A stretch of 64,000 bases of DNA from Aureliella sp. (GCA_963691875.1 OY829846.1:3296001-3360000); one strand, 5' to 3'. Positions 47,254-58,217 are shown, counted from the stretch's first letter. Notes: generated from the sequence alone by a model not told the origin. Numbers and translations: made by a program.

Positions 47254-48180
47254 TCACTGCGTCATGGCATAGGTAACGATATTGATGCCGAAGGGATAAG
47301 AATGTTTCACGGAGAAGAGCTCAAAGAAATCGGGGTGCTCTCCCTCACGTTCCCAACCATCGCCAATGTCGTTGTTGTGGCAGACGATGCCCACCATTCG
47401 TCGGTTTTGATCAAAGTAAGCTAAGAAGTGCGGCTTGCGATCACCCGTCTCACCCTCGTGCGAATACTCGTAGCGGTCTCCATTTCGCCAAGTCAAGTAG
47501 TCCGTGACTTGCGGCAACGCCTTGAGATCATAAACAGTGTGAAACACCGGATGATCAATACTTAGCTCAATGGGGGTCGCGTAGGGTAGCACCTTCTTCA
47601 TTTCTTCCAGTACTCGGTCTCTACTCTTGATTCCCCAGAGGTCATCCATCATGAAGAAACCACCGTTCTCCAAGTAGCGGCGAAACCCTGCTTGTTCGGC
47701 TTTGCTGAGCCGCATGTACTGAACGCCGGCAAGGTAGACAAACGGATAGTCGAGCAACTCTGGTTCGGTCAAACGCACCACGGCAGCGTCGGGGTTCACA
47801 TGCATCGACGTTAATTGCTGCAGACGCATGGAGAAGTGAATGTCTGCATCTGGAAAATCGTTGTTCCAACGATCGAACCAGCCGAAAGGACCATCCGAGT
47901 CATATTGGACTCGTGCGAAAGTAAAAACGTCTTTCTCAAAATCTTGTGGAGATTCCCAAGTCGGATAGCTGCTTCGATCGTAATTGCGGCCGACGCCGGG
48001 ATTGCCGCCTCGAAATCCTCGACCACCTCTCCCCCCGCCACCAGGCCACCCGCCAATCTGTGCGAGGCCGATCGCCCCGAACAGCAGCATGCAAAATGCA
48101 ATGGCTGTAACTCGAGTGAATCGCAACATGAACAGCGCGGGCACAGGTAACTTCCTCTGAGGTGCAAAATGAACCGACAC
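47254..48180 (-). CDS. DUF4159 family exported protein
   Basis: FTFARVQY, YPFVYL, YLENGGFFMMDD, HNNDIGDGWERE, GINIVTYAMT. Start may be ATG 48129. Confidence 0.85.
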   Translation of the reverse strand: MSVHFAPQRKLPVPALFMLRFTRVTAIAFCMLLFGAIGLAQIGGWPGGGGRGGRGFRGGNPGVGRNYDRSSYPTWESPQDFEKDVFTFARVQYDSDGPFGWFDRWNNDFPDADIHFSMRLQQLTSMHVNPDAAVVRLTEPELLDYPFVYLAGVQYMRLSKAEQAGFRRYLENGGFFMMDDLWGIKSRDRVLEEMKKVLPYATPIELSIDHPVFHTVYDLKALPQVTDYLTWRNGDRYEYSHEGETGDRKPHFLAYFDQNRRMVGIVCHNNDIGDGWEREGEHPDFFELFSVKHSYPFGINIVTYAMTQ

Positions 48181-48443
48181 GGTTCATGATAGTGCCTGAG
48201 CCAAGTTCTGGCGAATTGCAACTTCGCCGTTCGACTATGCTGGAACAGGCAAACCTCTCTAGCTCGTTATAAACCGACTCTTCGGTCTGACTCACGAGAC
48301 TCCTACGACTGGCTGACTACAGACTTCTCTAACCCTCAATGCCAGCAAATGGCTGGATTTCTGCAGAGCGATCGACGAAGACGATAGGTGCATCAGTCTG
48401 GATGGATCCTGGCCTGCATGTTGCCTGAGCCGCTCGGAGGTGA

Positions 48444-49913
48444 TTGGATACCTTGGGCCGCTCGTTCATGTTGTCGGATTATCAGGATCCAGTCATGTTT
48501 CACATTCTCGCCTGGCGTTGGCCTTTTCTAGCTCTCTTCCTCGCAGTCGTGTTCTGGATCGGTCGCCACTACACAATCGGCGGCATCGAACACTTGCATC
48601 TGAAGCCGCGTGAAACCGCCGTGGCTCAGGCTCCTCCCACCTCCCCACTTACCGTCCCTACGAATACTTCATTGTTTGATTGGGATCCCGTAAGTGCAAA
48701 CATGCCAGAAGGCTTCCTCGACTTGCCCTACTCCGGCTCGAAGCCAAGTAACAACCCAACCCCCACTCCAGGCGATTTGCCGACTGATGACTCCCAGTGG
48801 CAAGGCAAGTTGTCGTTGGGAGAAAAGCTGTCGATGTGGCAAGCAAAAACATCCGAAAACCCGCTCACAAGCGAGACGCTGGCCGCGGACACTGACACTC
48901 GCGATCCTTCGTCGGCCCCCATTCCGCTGCCGCCGCACTTCCGATTGAGCACAAAAGGTGAAGCAGGTTCAAGCTCGGGCCACATCGCTCGAGCAACAGT
49001 GAGTACTGGATTCGGGCCTGCAGCAACGCAACCCGTTGCGACTCTCCGCAGTGAAACTGCTGCGGCCCGCACCGATGATGCTCCTGACAGCTCCGAGCCG
49101 ATGAGACAAACCTTGGCACGTACAGATCGCATTCGAGTAGGTAGCTTCAACTTGGGGTCACTGAGCCCGAGTAAACTATCGAAGCCACAAGCGACCATGG
49201 TGATCGTGAGCTTGTTGCAGGAATTCGACTTGGTGGCACTCCAAGGCGTTCAAAGTGATCGCGACGATTTACTCCCGATCTTGGTCGACAAGCTAAACGC
49301 GACCGGCCGCAAGTACGATTTCTTGATCGGCCCCCGCGTTGGCCGCGTCAACAAGCTGCAGTTTGCGATGATCTTCGACACCGAGAGATTGGAAACGGAT
49401 CGGTATCAGTTGTATACGGTGAAAGACCCCGAAGATCTCGTGCAATACGAGCCCCTTGTCGGCTGGTTCCGTTGCAAAGGAGTGGCCAATAAGGAAGCTT
49501 TCACTTTTTCCTTGATCAATGTGATGCTCGATCGTGATCTAGCCAGCAGCGAACAGGCCATGTTGCCTTCCTTGATCGAAGCTGTGCAGCGAGATGGACG
49601 CAACGAGGATGACTGGATTGTGGCCGGTGGAATTGGCGGCAGCGTTGAGCGATTAAATTTCTTGGACCGGCGCTCCGTTCGATTTGCGGTTCGCGATATC
49701 CCGACGAACCTAGAAGGCACGCAGCAGTTCGACAGCATCTTTTTCTCCTCCGCCGCAACAGCTGAGTACACTGGCCGAAGCGGTGCAACAGACTTTCTTC
49801 GCAAGCTCAATCTCTCAATGGAACAAGCACTTGAAGTAAGTCCATTCATCCCCGTGTGGGCGGAATTCTCTACCGTCGAAGGCTTCGAGCCTGGTCGGGT
49901 TTCACTCAACTGA
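48444..49913 (+). CDS. Membrane-anchored DNase I/EEP-fold protein, catalytic residues apparently degenerate
   Basis: TM helix, Pro/Ser linker, then IRVGSFN, FDLVALQ, GPRVGR, FTFSLIN, DDWIVAG, PVWAEF. Start may be 48495. Confidence 0.75.
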   Translation: MDTLGRSFMLSDYQDPVMFHILAWRWPFLALFLAVVFWIGRHYTIGGIEHLHLKPRETAVAQAPPTSPLTVPTNTSLFDWDPVSANMPEGFLDLPYSGSKPSNNPTPTPGDLPTDDSQWQGKLSLGEKLSMWQAKTSENPLTSETLAADTDTRDPSSAPIPLPPHFRLSTKGEAGSSSGHIARATVSTGFGPAATQPVATLRSETAAARTDDAPDSSEPMRQTLARTDRIRVGSFNLGSLSPSKLSKPQATMVIVSLLQEFDLVALQGVQSDRDDLLPILVDKLNATGRKYDFLIGPRVGRVNKLQFAMIFDTERLETDRYQLYTVKDPEDLVQYEPLVGWFRCKGVANKEAFTFSLINVMLDRDLASSEQAMLPSLIEAVQRDGRNEDDWIVAGGIGGSVERLNFLDRRSVRFAVRDIPTNLEGTQQFDSIFFSSAATAEYTGRSGATDFLRKLNLSMEQALEVSPFIPVWAEFSTVEGFEPGRVSLN

Positions 49914-50160
49914 TCTCTCCAACCCTAAAAGTTGATGAAGAAAATTTCGCAACGCGAGTCGTCGAAACTTTCGCCAACCCCATCATCAAATAACGAACAA
50001 GGAATATTGAAGCTCGAAGAAATACCTAGATGGGACTCTTAATACATAACTCCGCGAGTTATGGGTGGAGGGGGCTCTATCGCGAGTCTAGACCTGGTTT
50101 CGCAAAACGCTCCCAAGAACGCCCTAAGTCAAAGGGAGCGATCGGGCTTTGAACGGACGA

Positions 50161-50443
50161 GACGGTTGGCGGAGCGCGAAGCTCACGTTCGATGCCTTTG
50201 ACTTCCAACGCTATGCAAATGTGACTGGCCGCGTTGACTTCATCGCTCCCGACTCAAGTGCAGGTTCGAAAATGAGGATGTCGATCGGCTCCAAGTACAT
50301 CTGACTTCAAACGCAATTCGACGCAAAAACTCGAAAGGCGACATCAAGCTTGGCATTACCGGCACGGCTGAAATCGTGAATCGCAGTGAAAGCATGTTGA
50401 CCTTCCTGGCACCTTAGATCCGGCACACAATCAGCCTGAATTG
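50161..50443 (+). pseudogene. Relic C-terminus of a HlyD-family secretion (membrane fusion) protein
   Basis: One frame gives AKLTFDAFDFQRYANVTGRVDFIAPDS; a shifted frame gives GDIKLGITGTAEIVNRSESMLTFLAP*IRHTISL, so there is a frameshift and an internal stop. Confidence 0.7.
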
Positions 50444-50470
50444 CGTCCTATATCAGAGTAGGTCTGAAAG

Positions 50471-51931
50471 TTAGCCGTGAATCACCGGGCAAACATCAAA
50501 CCACTCGCGGCCGTCTTTCTGAATCCACTCCAATCCAGCTTCGGGTCCCCAACCCCCAACTTGGTAAGAACTCATCGGAGGCGCCGCGGGACTACGCCAA
50601 GCTGCCAGAATCGGATCAATGATCTGCCAAGCCAGTTCCACTTCGTCGCTGCGAGCAAACAGGCTGGCGTCGCCTTCAAGTGCATCTTGCAGTAGGCGCT
50701 GGTAGGCATCCGGCAAGGATCCGCCGGAATCAAACCGGAAGTCAAGCGAACTCTGACGCAGCTGCATTTCCTGATCAGGCACCTTCGACTGGAAGTGCAT
50801 TTGAATGCCTTCCGCTGGCTGGATCTGAATTACCAGTCGATTTGCTTGCGGCAAGGACTTCTGGCCTGAAAATAGTAAGTGGGGAGGGTGATGAAACTCG
50901 ATGACGATTTGTGTCGTTCGGCAACTCATACCTTTGCCACTTCGCAGATAGAAAGGCACACCCTTCCAGCGCCAGTTGTCGATGTGCAACTTCATCGCAG
51001 CAAAGGTCTCGGTCTCGCTTGCAACATCGACACCTTCCTCCGCACGATAGCCTTCATACTGGGCTCGAACTCCACATTCCGCAAAATCGCTGCCCTGCAT
51101 CTTGCGCACTGCTCGCAGGACCTTCACCTTTTCGTCCCGCACGCTAGTTGCGTCATATTTCACTGGCGCCTCCATAGCGGTGATCATCATCAGTTGGAAG
51201 ATGTGATTTTGGAACATGTCCCGAAGGATACCCGACTTGTCGTAGTAATCCCCACGACGCCCAACAATGACTTCCTCCGCGACCGTGATCTGCACATGAT
51301 CGATGTAGTTGCGATTCCAAAGCGGCTCGAAGATGGTGTTGCCGAAACGTAGGACCATCATATTTTGGACCGTTTCCTTGCCCAAGTAATGATCGATTCG
51401 ATACACCTGATCCTCGCGCCACACCCTGTAGATGGAACTGTTCAGGTTCTGAGCCGTGGACAGATCCGTCCCAAAAGGCTTCTCGATGACGATGCGTCTC
51501 GCGCCATGCCTATCGTCCGCTAGTCCAGCCGCGCCAAGCTGTGCTGCGGCTTCGGCGTACAACTGTGGCATCGTCGCGACGTAATAGACTCGGTCAGCAT
51601 TCGCTCCGCCTTCTAGCTCTTCTAGACGCGTTCGCAAAGCTCGGAAATCTTCGGCAGCTTTGATGTCGCCGGGGCTGTAGTGCACTTTCGCGGCGAACTG
51701 ACTCCAAGACTCGCTCGAGAACTCGTCGCCAACAAACTTGGCGGTCGTTTCAGCCAGTTGTTTGCGCCAGCCCTCGTCATCAAACTTACTCCGCGCTACG
51801 CCGACGATCCGTGTGTTCTCTGGCAAGCGGTCTCGCAGGTGCAAGCGATAGAGCGCTGGAATTAGCTTGCGACTGGTCAAGTCTCCGGAAGCCCCGAAGA
51901 TCACCATCGTGTGAGCACCAACCGCATTCAT
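50471..51931 (-). CDS. zwf: Glucose-6-phosphate 1-dehydrogenase
   Basis: IFGASGDL, EKPFG, RIDHYLGKE, RDMFQNH, RWKGVPFYLRSGK. Confidence 0.97.
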   Translation of the reverse strand: MNAVGAHTMVIFGASGDLTSRKLIPALYRLHLRDRLPENTRIVGVARSKFDDEGWRKQLAETTAKFVGDEFSSESWSQFAAKVHYSPGDIKAAEDFRALRTRLEELEGGANADRVYYVATMPQLYAEAAAQLGAAGLADDRHGARRIVIEKPFGTDLSTAQNLNSSIYRVWREDQVYRIDHYLGKETVQNMMVLRFGNTIFEPLWNRNYIDHVQITVAEEVIVGRRGDYYDKSGILRDMFQNHIFQLMMITAMEAPVKYDATSVRDEKVKVLRAVRKMQGSDFAECGVRAQYEGYRAEEGVDVASETETFAAMKLHIDNWRWKGVPFYLRSGKGMSCRTTQIVIEFHHPPHLLFSGQKSLPQANRLVIQIQPAEGIQMHFQSKVPDQEMQLRQSSLDFRFDSGGSLPDAYQRLLQDALEGDASLFARSDEVELAWQIIDPILAAWRSPAAPPMSSYQVGGWGPEAGLEWIQKDGREWFDVCPVIHG

Positions 51932-52010
51932 AACTGATTCCTAGAGTTCAAGAATTCGAGAGATTCCTACTAAGCCAAACGCGCATGCGTCTTTCTGTGC
52001 AATTCTGTCC

Positions 52011-52063
52011 CCCTCCCGCAAGCGGGAGGGTCGGACGTATCACTGCCAGGGAGGGCTCTCCCC
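52011..52063. repeat. REP-like palindromic element between gnd and zwf
   Basis: CCCTCCCGC-aa-GCGGGAGGG (52011-52030) and GGGAG-ggct-CTCCC (52049-52062). Confidence 0.5.
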
Positions 52064-52121
52064 GAAAAGATATCAGACGCAGATCGCTAGTCGCCAACCG
52101 CTAACAGCTAACAGCTCCTCG

Positions 52122-53603
52122 TTAGCTAGAGGGTTGCTTTCGCAGATCTAACCACTCGGAGTGGAACGTACCTTCGCGATCGAGCCGCTTATAGGTGTGT
52201 GCACCAAAGTAATCGCGCTGAGCTTGCAGCAAGTTCGCTGGCAGTCGCTCGCGACGGTAGCTGTCGTAGTATCCCAAAGCCGCAGAAAACGCTGGAGTCG
52301 GAACGCCAAGTTGCGTAGCTGCCATGATGACTGCTCGCCAAGCCGCTTGACTGTCGTCGATGATCTTTTTGAAGTAAGGGTACAACAACAAGTTCTCAAG
52401 ATCAGGCTGCTGGTCGAAAGCTTCCTTGATGCGATCCAAGAACTGAGCACGAATGATACAACCGCCACGCCACAGCAAAGCGCAGTCACCGTAGTTTAGA
52501 TCCCACCCGTGCTCCTTGCTGGCCGCCTGCAATTGCACAAAGCCTTGAGCGTAACTACAGATCTTCGAAGCGTACAATGCTTGACGCACTGCCTCAACGA
52601 ACGCCGCTTTGTTACCTACCAGGCTTGATGTTGCCGAAGCGAACTCTGGATTGTCGCCCTCGGCTGGACCTAGCAGAACTTTGCTGGCACGTGTGCGAGC
52701 ATCCTTCACCGCTGACAATCCACGCGCATAAACAGCGGTGGTAACCAGAGTGGAAGGTACACCCAAATCGAGAGCCAGCTGGCTCATCCACTTGCCCGTT
52801 CCCTTCGCACCCGCTGTATCCACGATTTGATCAACCAAGAATCCATCCGCTCCGGGCTGATCATCTTTCGCACTGAAGATATCGCGAGTGATCTCGATCA
52901 AGTAGCTCTGAAGCTCTCCGTTGTTCCAGTCATCAAAAACGTCATAGAGCTCATCATTGGTCAGACCAGCGACTTCTTTCAAGATCTGATACGCCTCGCA
53001 GATCAACTGCATATCTCCGTACTCGATGCCATTGTGAACCATTTTCACGTAATGACCAGCACCACGCGGTCCGACCCATTCGCAACATGGAATATCATTG
53101 TTGGGCCCAACTTTGGCACTGATGCCTTGGAAGATATCTTTCACCAGTGGCCATGCTTCCTTTGATCCACCTGGCATCAGACTCGGGCCCTTCAGGGCTC
53201 CTTCTTCACCACCAGAAACACCGCAACCAACGAACAGCATGCCTTTCTCTTCGACATACTTTGTTCGGCGTTCGGTGTTCGTGTAATGTTCGTTCCCGCC
53301 ATCGATGATCACATCGCCTGGCTCCAGATGTGGCAGCAAGGCTTCGATGATGGCGTCCACAGCTGGGCCGGCCTTAACCAGAGTCATTACCAGACGCGGC
53401 TTCTTGAGTGAGGCGACGAGTTCTTCGATCGTGTGACAGCCGACAAAATTCTTGCCTGCGGCGCGACCGTTGACCAAGTTGTCGACCTTCTCTGTAGTGC
53501 GATTGTAGACCGCGATGCGATTGCCTCGGCTCTCCACGTTCAGCGCCAAGTTTTCTCCCATCACGGCCAGGCCAATTAGTCCAAAATCACACTTCTCACT
53601 CAT
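52122..53603 (-). CDS. gnd: 6-phosphogluconate dehydrogenase (NADP+, decarboxylating)
   Basis: GLIGLAVMG, YNRT, GVSGGEEGA, VKMVHNGIEY, KGTGKW, QAQRDYFGAHTY. Confidence 0.97.
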   Translation of the reverse strand: MSEKCDFGLIGLAVMGENLALNVESRGNRIAVYNRTTEKVDNLVNGRAAGKNFVGCHTIEELVASLKKPRLVMTLVKAGPAVDAIIEALLPHLEPGDVIIDGGNEHYTNTERRTKYVEEKGMLFVGCGVSGGEEGALKGPSLMPGGSKEAWPLVKDIFQGISAKVGPNNDIPCCEWVGPRGAGHYVKMVHNGIEYGDMQLICEAYQILKEVAGLTNDELYDVFDDWNNGELQSYLIEITRDIFSAKDDQPGADGFLVDQIVDTAGAKGTGKWMSQLALDLGVPSTLVTTAVYARGLSAVKDARTRASKVLLGPAEGDNPEFASATSSLVGNKAAFVEAVRQALYASKICSYAQGFVQLQAASKEHGWDLNYGDCALLWRGGCIIRAQFLDRIKEAFDQQPDLENLLLYPYFKKIIDDSQAAWRAVIMAATQLGVPTPAFSAALGYYDSYRRERLPANLLQAQRDYFGAHTYKRLDREGTFHSEWLDLRKQPSS

Positions 53604-54343
53604 CTCGATCACTCTCTTTTGTGCTTGAGGAAGGCTGGGAACGAACCAGCACATTGTCTGTTTCTCGTATCGGTGGCGTCCTGCCCACTTCTGTACTTAA
53701 GGCGTCCTGCTCGCGTCTTACCAATCTGCCGCCGCAGTATCGGATCGGTGGCAGCCCGCCGCCAATTGCAAAACGGAACACGCTGACGCCGCAATCGAAG
53801 ACGAGCCTCGAGTCCGCGGCAGCAAGAGTTTCGCCCTATTTGTGCATAGCTGAACAGCTTGGCAGAGGGATAGTTTTTGGTCAACTACGTCGATTAGCCT
53901 AGGCCGCGCAAGCAGGGTGGATTCACCACTCCAGCAAGCGGTCTCGTGAGAAGCCACACCCAGTTATAGGTCTTGTGTCACCGCTTCAGAGTTCCAAGCT
54001 CCAAATCAAACTCCTTCGGCGGCCGAGCGCCGACAGTGGCTTGCTGCAACAACCCCAAGACGCAGAAAACTTTCCCGGTAAGCTGCAATCGCGTGAAAAG
54101 CGGCCGATACTATACGCCCAAGATCTGATCGCGGACACACCGCTTCCCAGCCGATTGGAATGGTCTGGACTCGGGTATCGAACCGAAGGGGCCATCCACT
54201 TCGTTCCAGCCCAACCGATTAGCCTCGAAGGCTCCATCACCACCACGGGCCGAAGGCATTCATGGCTTGGCAAAATCCTCTTTTTCCCTCAGTTCTAGCA
54301 AAGTAACGAGCCGACCCATCCGATACAATCGGTACACATAGCC

Positions 54344-54372
54344 TTGACGGAAAATGTTCGCACTCGTAGAAC
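54344..54372 (+). promoter_or_regulatory. Possible sigma70 promoter for tRNA-Cys
   Basis: TTGACG-N17-TAGAAC about 100 bp upstream of the tRNA. Confidence 0.35.
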
Positions 54373-54474
54373 ATTGAGCCTGAGAAGTACTCTATGTCCC
54401 GAATGCCCAGCCTCCTATTTAGTCGGCGATTTCATCCGACGGATATTCAAGGCTGTAGACAAAACACAAAAGAA

Positions 54475-54547
54475 GGCGTCGTAGCCAAGTGGCTAAGGCA
54501 GTGGATTGCAAATCCATTATGCGCGGGTTCGACTCCCGCCGACGCCT
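54475..54547 (+). tRNA. tRNA-Cys(GCA), CCA not encoded
   Basis: Acceptor stem GGCGTCG/CGACGCC, anticodon arm GTGGA-tt-GCA-aa-TCCAT, T arm GCGGG-TTCGACT-CCCGC, discriminator T. Confidence 0.96.
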
Positions 54548-54860
54548 CTCTTTGTTTCTTTTCTTAAGTGGTACCCAATCGCGCCACCATTCGAATTTTC
54601 TCCTGACCAAACTCAACGGTCGAGGTTACGAGACCGTCAGCATACGTCGACGCCAGCTACATGGACTTCACTCACAGCATTTAAAGCCGAGGCCTAGCCT
54701 TGCCAAGTGAGCATCGCAAACACGAAACCCGTCTTCACTTATATAAGAAAGCAATAAGAGCGCTGAGTTACCGCAATCGCCCGAGCCGCTACTATCGCGG
54801 AGGTATTAGTGACTCTTAGAAACTCGTCGTACACAGTATCACTGCGTCGCTGGCCAATCA

Positions 54861-55985
54861 TTATTTGATTTCTTCCCGCTGCAACTTTCCATCTCCATCG
54901 CGATCCAGTTTTCCGAAACGCTTGGTCAGGGCTGGCATGTCGCGGCCCTTCGGATTGCCGATGAATTCTTTGAGCGTAATGAAACCGTCGCTGTTGCGGT
55001 CGCGGCTCCTGAAGAACTGATCCCGTGAGGGTCGTTTCGACGGCTCAGGATCTGTCTTGTTCTTTGTCGACTTGGATTTTTCAGGGTTTCCAGCCGAACT
55101 TGTGCTGCCAGGATAATCAGAGTTGATTTGCGAAAGGTGACTGAGCAGTTCCTTTTTCATTTCAGCATAGACTTCTGGAACTTTGGTCCGTAGATCATGC
55201 TCTTCGGCGGAGTCTTTGCTGAGGTCATACAGCGCAAGATCCGTTCGCTCTAATTCAGCAGCCAGGGCTGGCCAATCCGGAGAGTAATTTCGGCCGACAT
55301 CGCTCCAAAGCTTGTAATTTCCTTTGCGCACGCCGATGTTGCCCCAAAGTTCGAAAACCATGGTTCGCTCCGGAATCGGTTGCACAGCAGAATCTACCAA
55401 GTACGGCAATAGTGACATCCCACGCACTGGATTCTTCCCATTCGACTTTGGAACGGAGATTTCTGCAGCGTCTAGCAGGGTCGCGAAAACATCGCAGTGC
55501 ATGTCATTGCCACAGTTCTCAATCGAACCGCCATCGAACCAAACCGTTCGCTCATCTGCAATATGATCGCCATCTGTATCTCGGAACTTCCAGATGTGCG
55601 GTGGCGCTCCCACATAGACTGCACCCTCGTGAACTAAAACGCCCTCTGGAAACGGTACTTCGTCGGCAAATACAGTCGACTCATCGTAAGTTCCGTCTCC
55701 ATCGCAGTCGACCAACCGCAGCACACGATGACTTGGTTCTTCGAGTTGAACCGGTGCTTTTCTCGTGTCACCCGAACTGTCGGTGACGTAGAGCGCACCC
55801 TCGTCGTCGAACGCCATATGCATCGGCCGCTGGACCAATGGCGGCGCGGCGACCTACGTCAGTTCAAAGCCGTCGGGAATCTTAAATGTGTGAGGAGTAA
55901 TTGCTACGGTCTCAGCCGCGTCCGTTCTCACGTTGGCCAACGCGGCGAAAACGAGAAAAACGCAAACGCTGATGTGCTTGAACAT
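54861..55985 (-). pseudogene. Chimeric pseudogene: PVC-type membrane dehydrogenase N-terminus fused to a sulfatase C-terminus with EF-hand-like motifs
   Basis: Signal peptide and FKIPDGFELT, in-frame TAG at 55854-55856, then VAAPPLVQRPMHMAFD..RLVDCDGDG..GNDMH; switches to CDVFATLLD..GMSLLP..LYDLSKD..E; ends DRNSDG..DRDGDG. Confidence 0.75.
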
Positions 55986-56125
55986 ATCTACTGACGTGGT
56001 CTTACGTGAGCTTGCTTTTATTCTCTGGCCACTACCCCTGGCCCGCGGTGCTTCGTTTTGGAAGACGCCGGTTCTCTCGGTTTCGGTCAACGATTTCGCC
56101 GGAGCTTCACTTACGCACATGTGAT

Positions 56126-58081
56126 TCAGAATCTCCATCGATAAACCTCATTGCCATCTCTGTCGACCAGTCGGATTCGAGAGATCGTAATTTCCCCGGG
56201 CGCGTTTGAAGGATCAATGCGCACGGCAACGACTGGATTCTTAGCGGACCACGAAATTCTGTACTCGTGTGGTTTGCCGTCGTGCTGAACTTCGAAACTA
56301 CGACTGCGGTCGCGAAAGAATGCTGGGACAACTCCTTTCTCTTGCCAGAAGACTTGCCCGGAACCTCTGGATCTGGACGTCATCGTCACCTTCAGCACAA
56401 ACTCTTCCTGATTCAGTTCGGTCGGAAGTCTGAAGCTCAAGTGAGGATCTCGCCCGCCGCTGGTGACGATCAACGAACCCTCCTTTAATCCGAGCCTGCA
56501 CGTGCCGCCTGACTGCCAGCCTGCGACTGGCTTCGCTTTGCGCTGTGGCTTTTTCAGGTCCGACCCTTTCGATCGGCCGGTCGATTTGGGTTTTGCCTTC
56601 CCGATCATCTTTGGGTCATATTTCGCAGGATCGAATCGCGGATTCGGCAACGGAACAACGACATTCGTTTCTGCCAGGAACTGAGTAATCAGCTTGTCGA
56701 GCTCCTCTACTCGCCTTGGATTCTTACCTGCGAGATTCATCTGTTCGCCGATGTCGCTCCTCAGATTGAAGAGTTTGTAACTGTGCTTGCCCGGCGATTC
56801 GCCATGGAAGACGCGGATCAACTTCCAGTCTCCGGCGTGAACGCTGACCGAAGGCGGTAGCCAGTCCGGCACACGTGTCTGGTGGGGGAAGTAGGTGAAG
56901 ATGGCTTCTCGCTCCAGCGCCCTGCCTTGAAGAGCCGGCACTATGCTGATGCCATCGAATGATAGCTGGGACTCGATGCCCGTTAGCTGCAGCAGGGTCG
57001 GATAGAAATCGCAGCTCTGAATGATTTCACTGCTGCGAGTACCAGCCTGAACGTGGTCGGAATAAACGATAATCGCAGGACCGCGAACGCCGCCTTCCCA
57101 CATCGTCGCTTTTCCTCCGCGCAACGGCGCGTTGCTGGTGGGCGTTGTCCCGTCGACCTGGTTGTACATGTTTCCGCCGTTGTCCGAAGCGAACACGATA
57201 ATTGTGTGGTCGGAAATGTTCAGCCGGTCGAGCGTGTCGAGCAGCCTGCCCACTGCGTCGTCCATGCTTTCGATCATGGCAGCATACGTGGGGCTGCGCT
57301 GCGGGCCTGCCTTATCAACTTGTTCGCGGTACTTATCGATCAAATTTCGCTTCGCATCGAAAGGAGCGTGCACACTAAACATCCAATAGTTCAGAAAGAA
57401 CGGTTCATCGCGATGCTTTTCAATAAACGCGATAGCTTCTTCGGCCATCCGATCTTCGATGTGTTGATCAGGGATATCCGGATCGTGATCGAAGTCTTTG
57501 AACTTCCACGGTGCGACATAGCTTCCCGCTGGGCCGGGACCGGGATGATGCGGCACGTCAAAATCAAAACCATGTTGCAGAGGCGAATACGGTTCCGCGC
57601 CGAGGTGCCATTTTCCGAAATGGCCGGTCGCGTAGCCATGGTCTTTCAACATTTCCGCCAGTGTGTAGTACTTCGTCTCGAGCCGCGAGACCGATGTGAG
57701 TACAGTTGCCTTAGCCTCAGGCGGACCGATTGGTTTGGGTGTTGCCTTCAAGGTGACCTCTGGCAGATGACAACCCGGCGAGGTAATTCCATGTCGCGCG
57801 GGACTCAGGCCTGTCAATACGCTGGCCCGTGTCGGTGAACAGAGTGGGCTAGCTGAATACGCTCGTGTGAACGTCATCCCACGCGCAGCGAGACGTTCGA
57901 TGCTCGGGGTTTTGTAGAACTGCGTGGTACCGAAAAGAGTTGTGTCACTCCAACCGAGATCGTCGGCAAGAATCAACAAGACGTTGGGTCTTCGCGCAGG
58001 TTCGGCCCCTATTGCAGTCGTCGCCAGCAAGAAAATCGCGACCAGGAAGACAAATGAGATCGATGTCCGTCTTACTTTCAT
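56126..58081 (-). CDS. Formylglycine-dependent sulfatase (S1) with C-terminal beta domain
   Basis: Signal peptide, [18 protein letters not shown] (CxPxR), [20 protein letters not shown]. Confidence 0.93.
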   Translation of the reverse strand: MKVRRTSISFVFLVAIFLLATTAIGAEPARRPNVLLILADDLGWSDTTLFGTTQFYKTPSIERLAARGMTFTRAYSASPLCSPTRASVLTGLSPARHGITSPGCHLPEVTLKATPKPIGPPEAKATVLTSVSRLETKYYTLAEMLKDHGYATGHFGKWHLGAEPYSPLQHGFDFDVPHHPGPGPAGSYVAPWKFKDFDHDPDIPDQHIEDRMAEEAIAFIEKHRDEPFFLNYWMFSVHAPFDAKRNLIDKYREQVDKAGPQRSPTYAAMIESMDDAVGRLLDTLDRLNISDHTIIVFASDNGGNMYNQVDGTTPTSNAPLRGGKATMWEGGVRGPAIIVYSDHVQAGTRSSEIIQSCDFYPTLLQLTGIESQLSFDGISIVPALQGRALEREAIFTYFPHQTRVPDWLPPSVSVHAGDWKLIRVFHGESPGKHSYKLFNLRSDIGEQMNLAGKNPRRVEELDKLITQFLAETNVVVPLPNPRFDPAKYDPKMIGKAKPKSTGRSKGSDLKKPQRKAKPVAGWQSGGTCRLGLKEGSLIVTSGGRDPHLSFRLPTELNQEEFVLKVTMTSRSRGSGQVFWQEKGVVPAFFRDRSRSFEVQHDGKPHEYRISWSAKNPVVAVRIDPSNAPGEITISRIRLVDRDGNEVYRWRF

Positions 58082-58162
58082 ATAGCTGTAATGCTCTCGA
58101 CTCAGGCGGCGTTAATGTTACTTCGTTCTAATGAAAACCGAATTTGGCGTCTCACTGCCATT

Positions 58163-58217
58163 TTGCACCGGCCCTAAAATTCTCTTCAGTGCACCTGAAG
58201 ATAGGGTGCAGTATAAT
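58163..58217 (+). promoter_or_regulatory. Inverted repeat TGCACC-N9-GGTGCA directly upstream of TATAAT
   Basis: TGCACC 58190-58195, GGTGCA 58205-58210, TATAAT 58212-58217; third half-site TGCACC at 58164-58169. Confidence 0.5.

Noticed and set aside
53975..54298. 107-aa ORF and recurring CGAAGG between gnd and tRNA-Cys
   Set aside because: No recognisable family or SD, and no consistent repeat period or RNA fold.
54648..54654. CGACGCC copy of the tRNA-Cys 3' end as a possible att site
   Set aside because: Only 7 bp, expected by chance, and no integrase nearby.
57053..57838. 261-aa + strand ORF
   Set aside because: Antisense shadow of the sulfatase, typical of GC3-biased genes.
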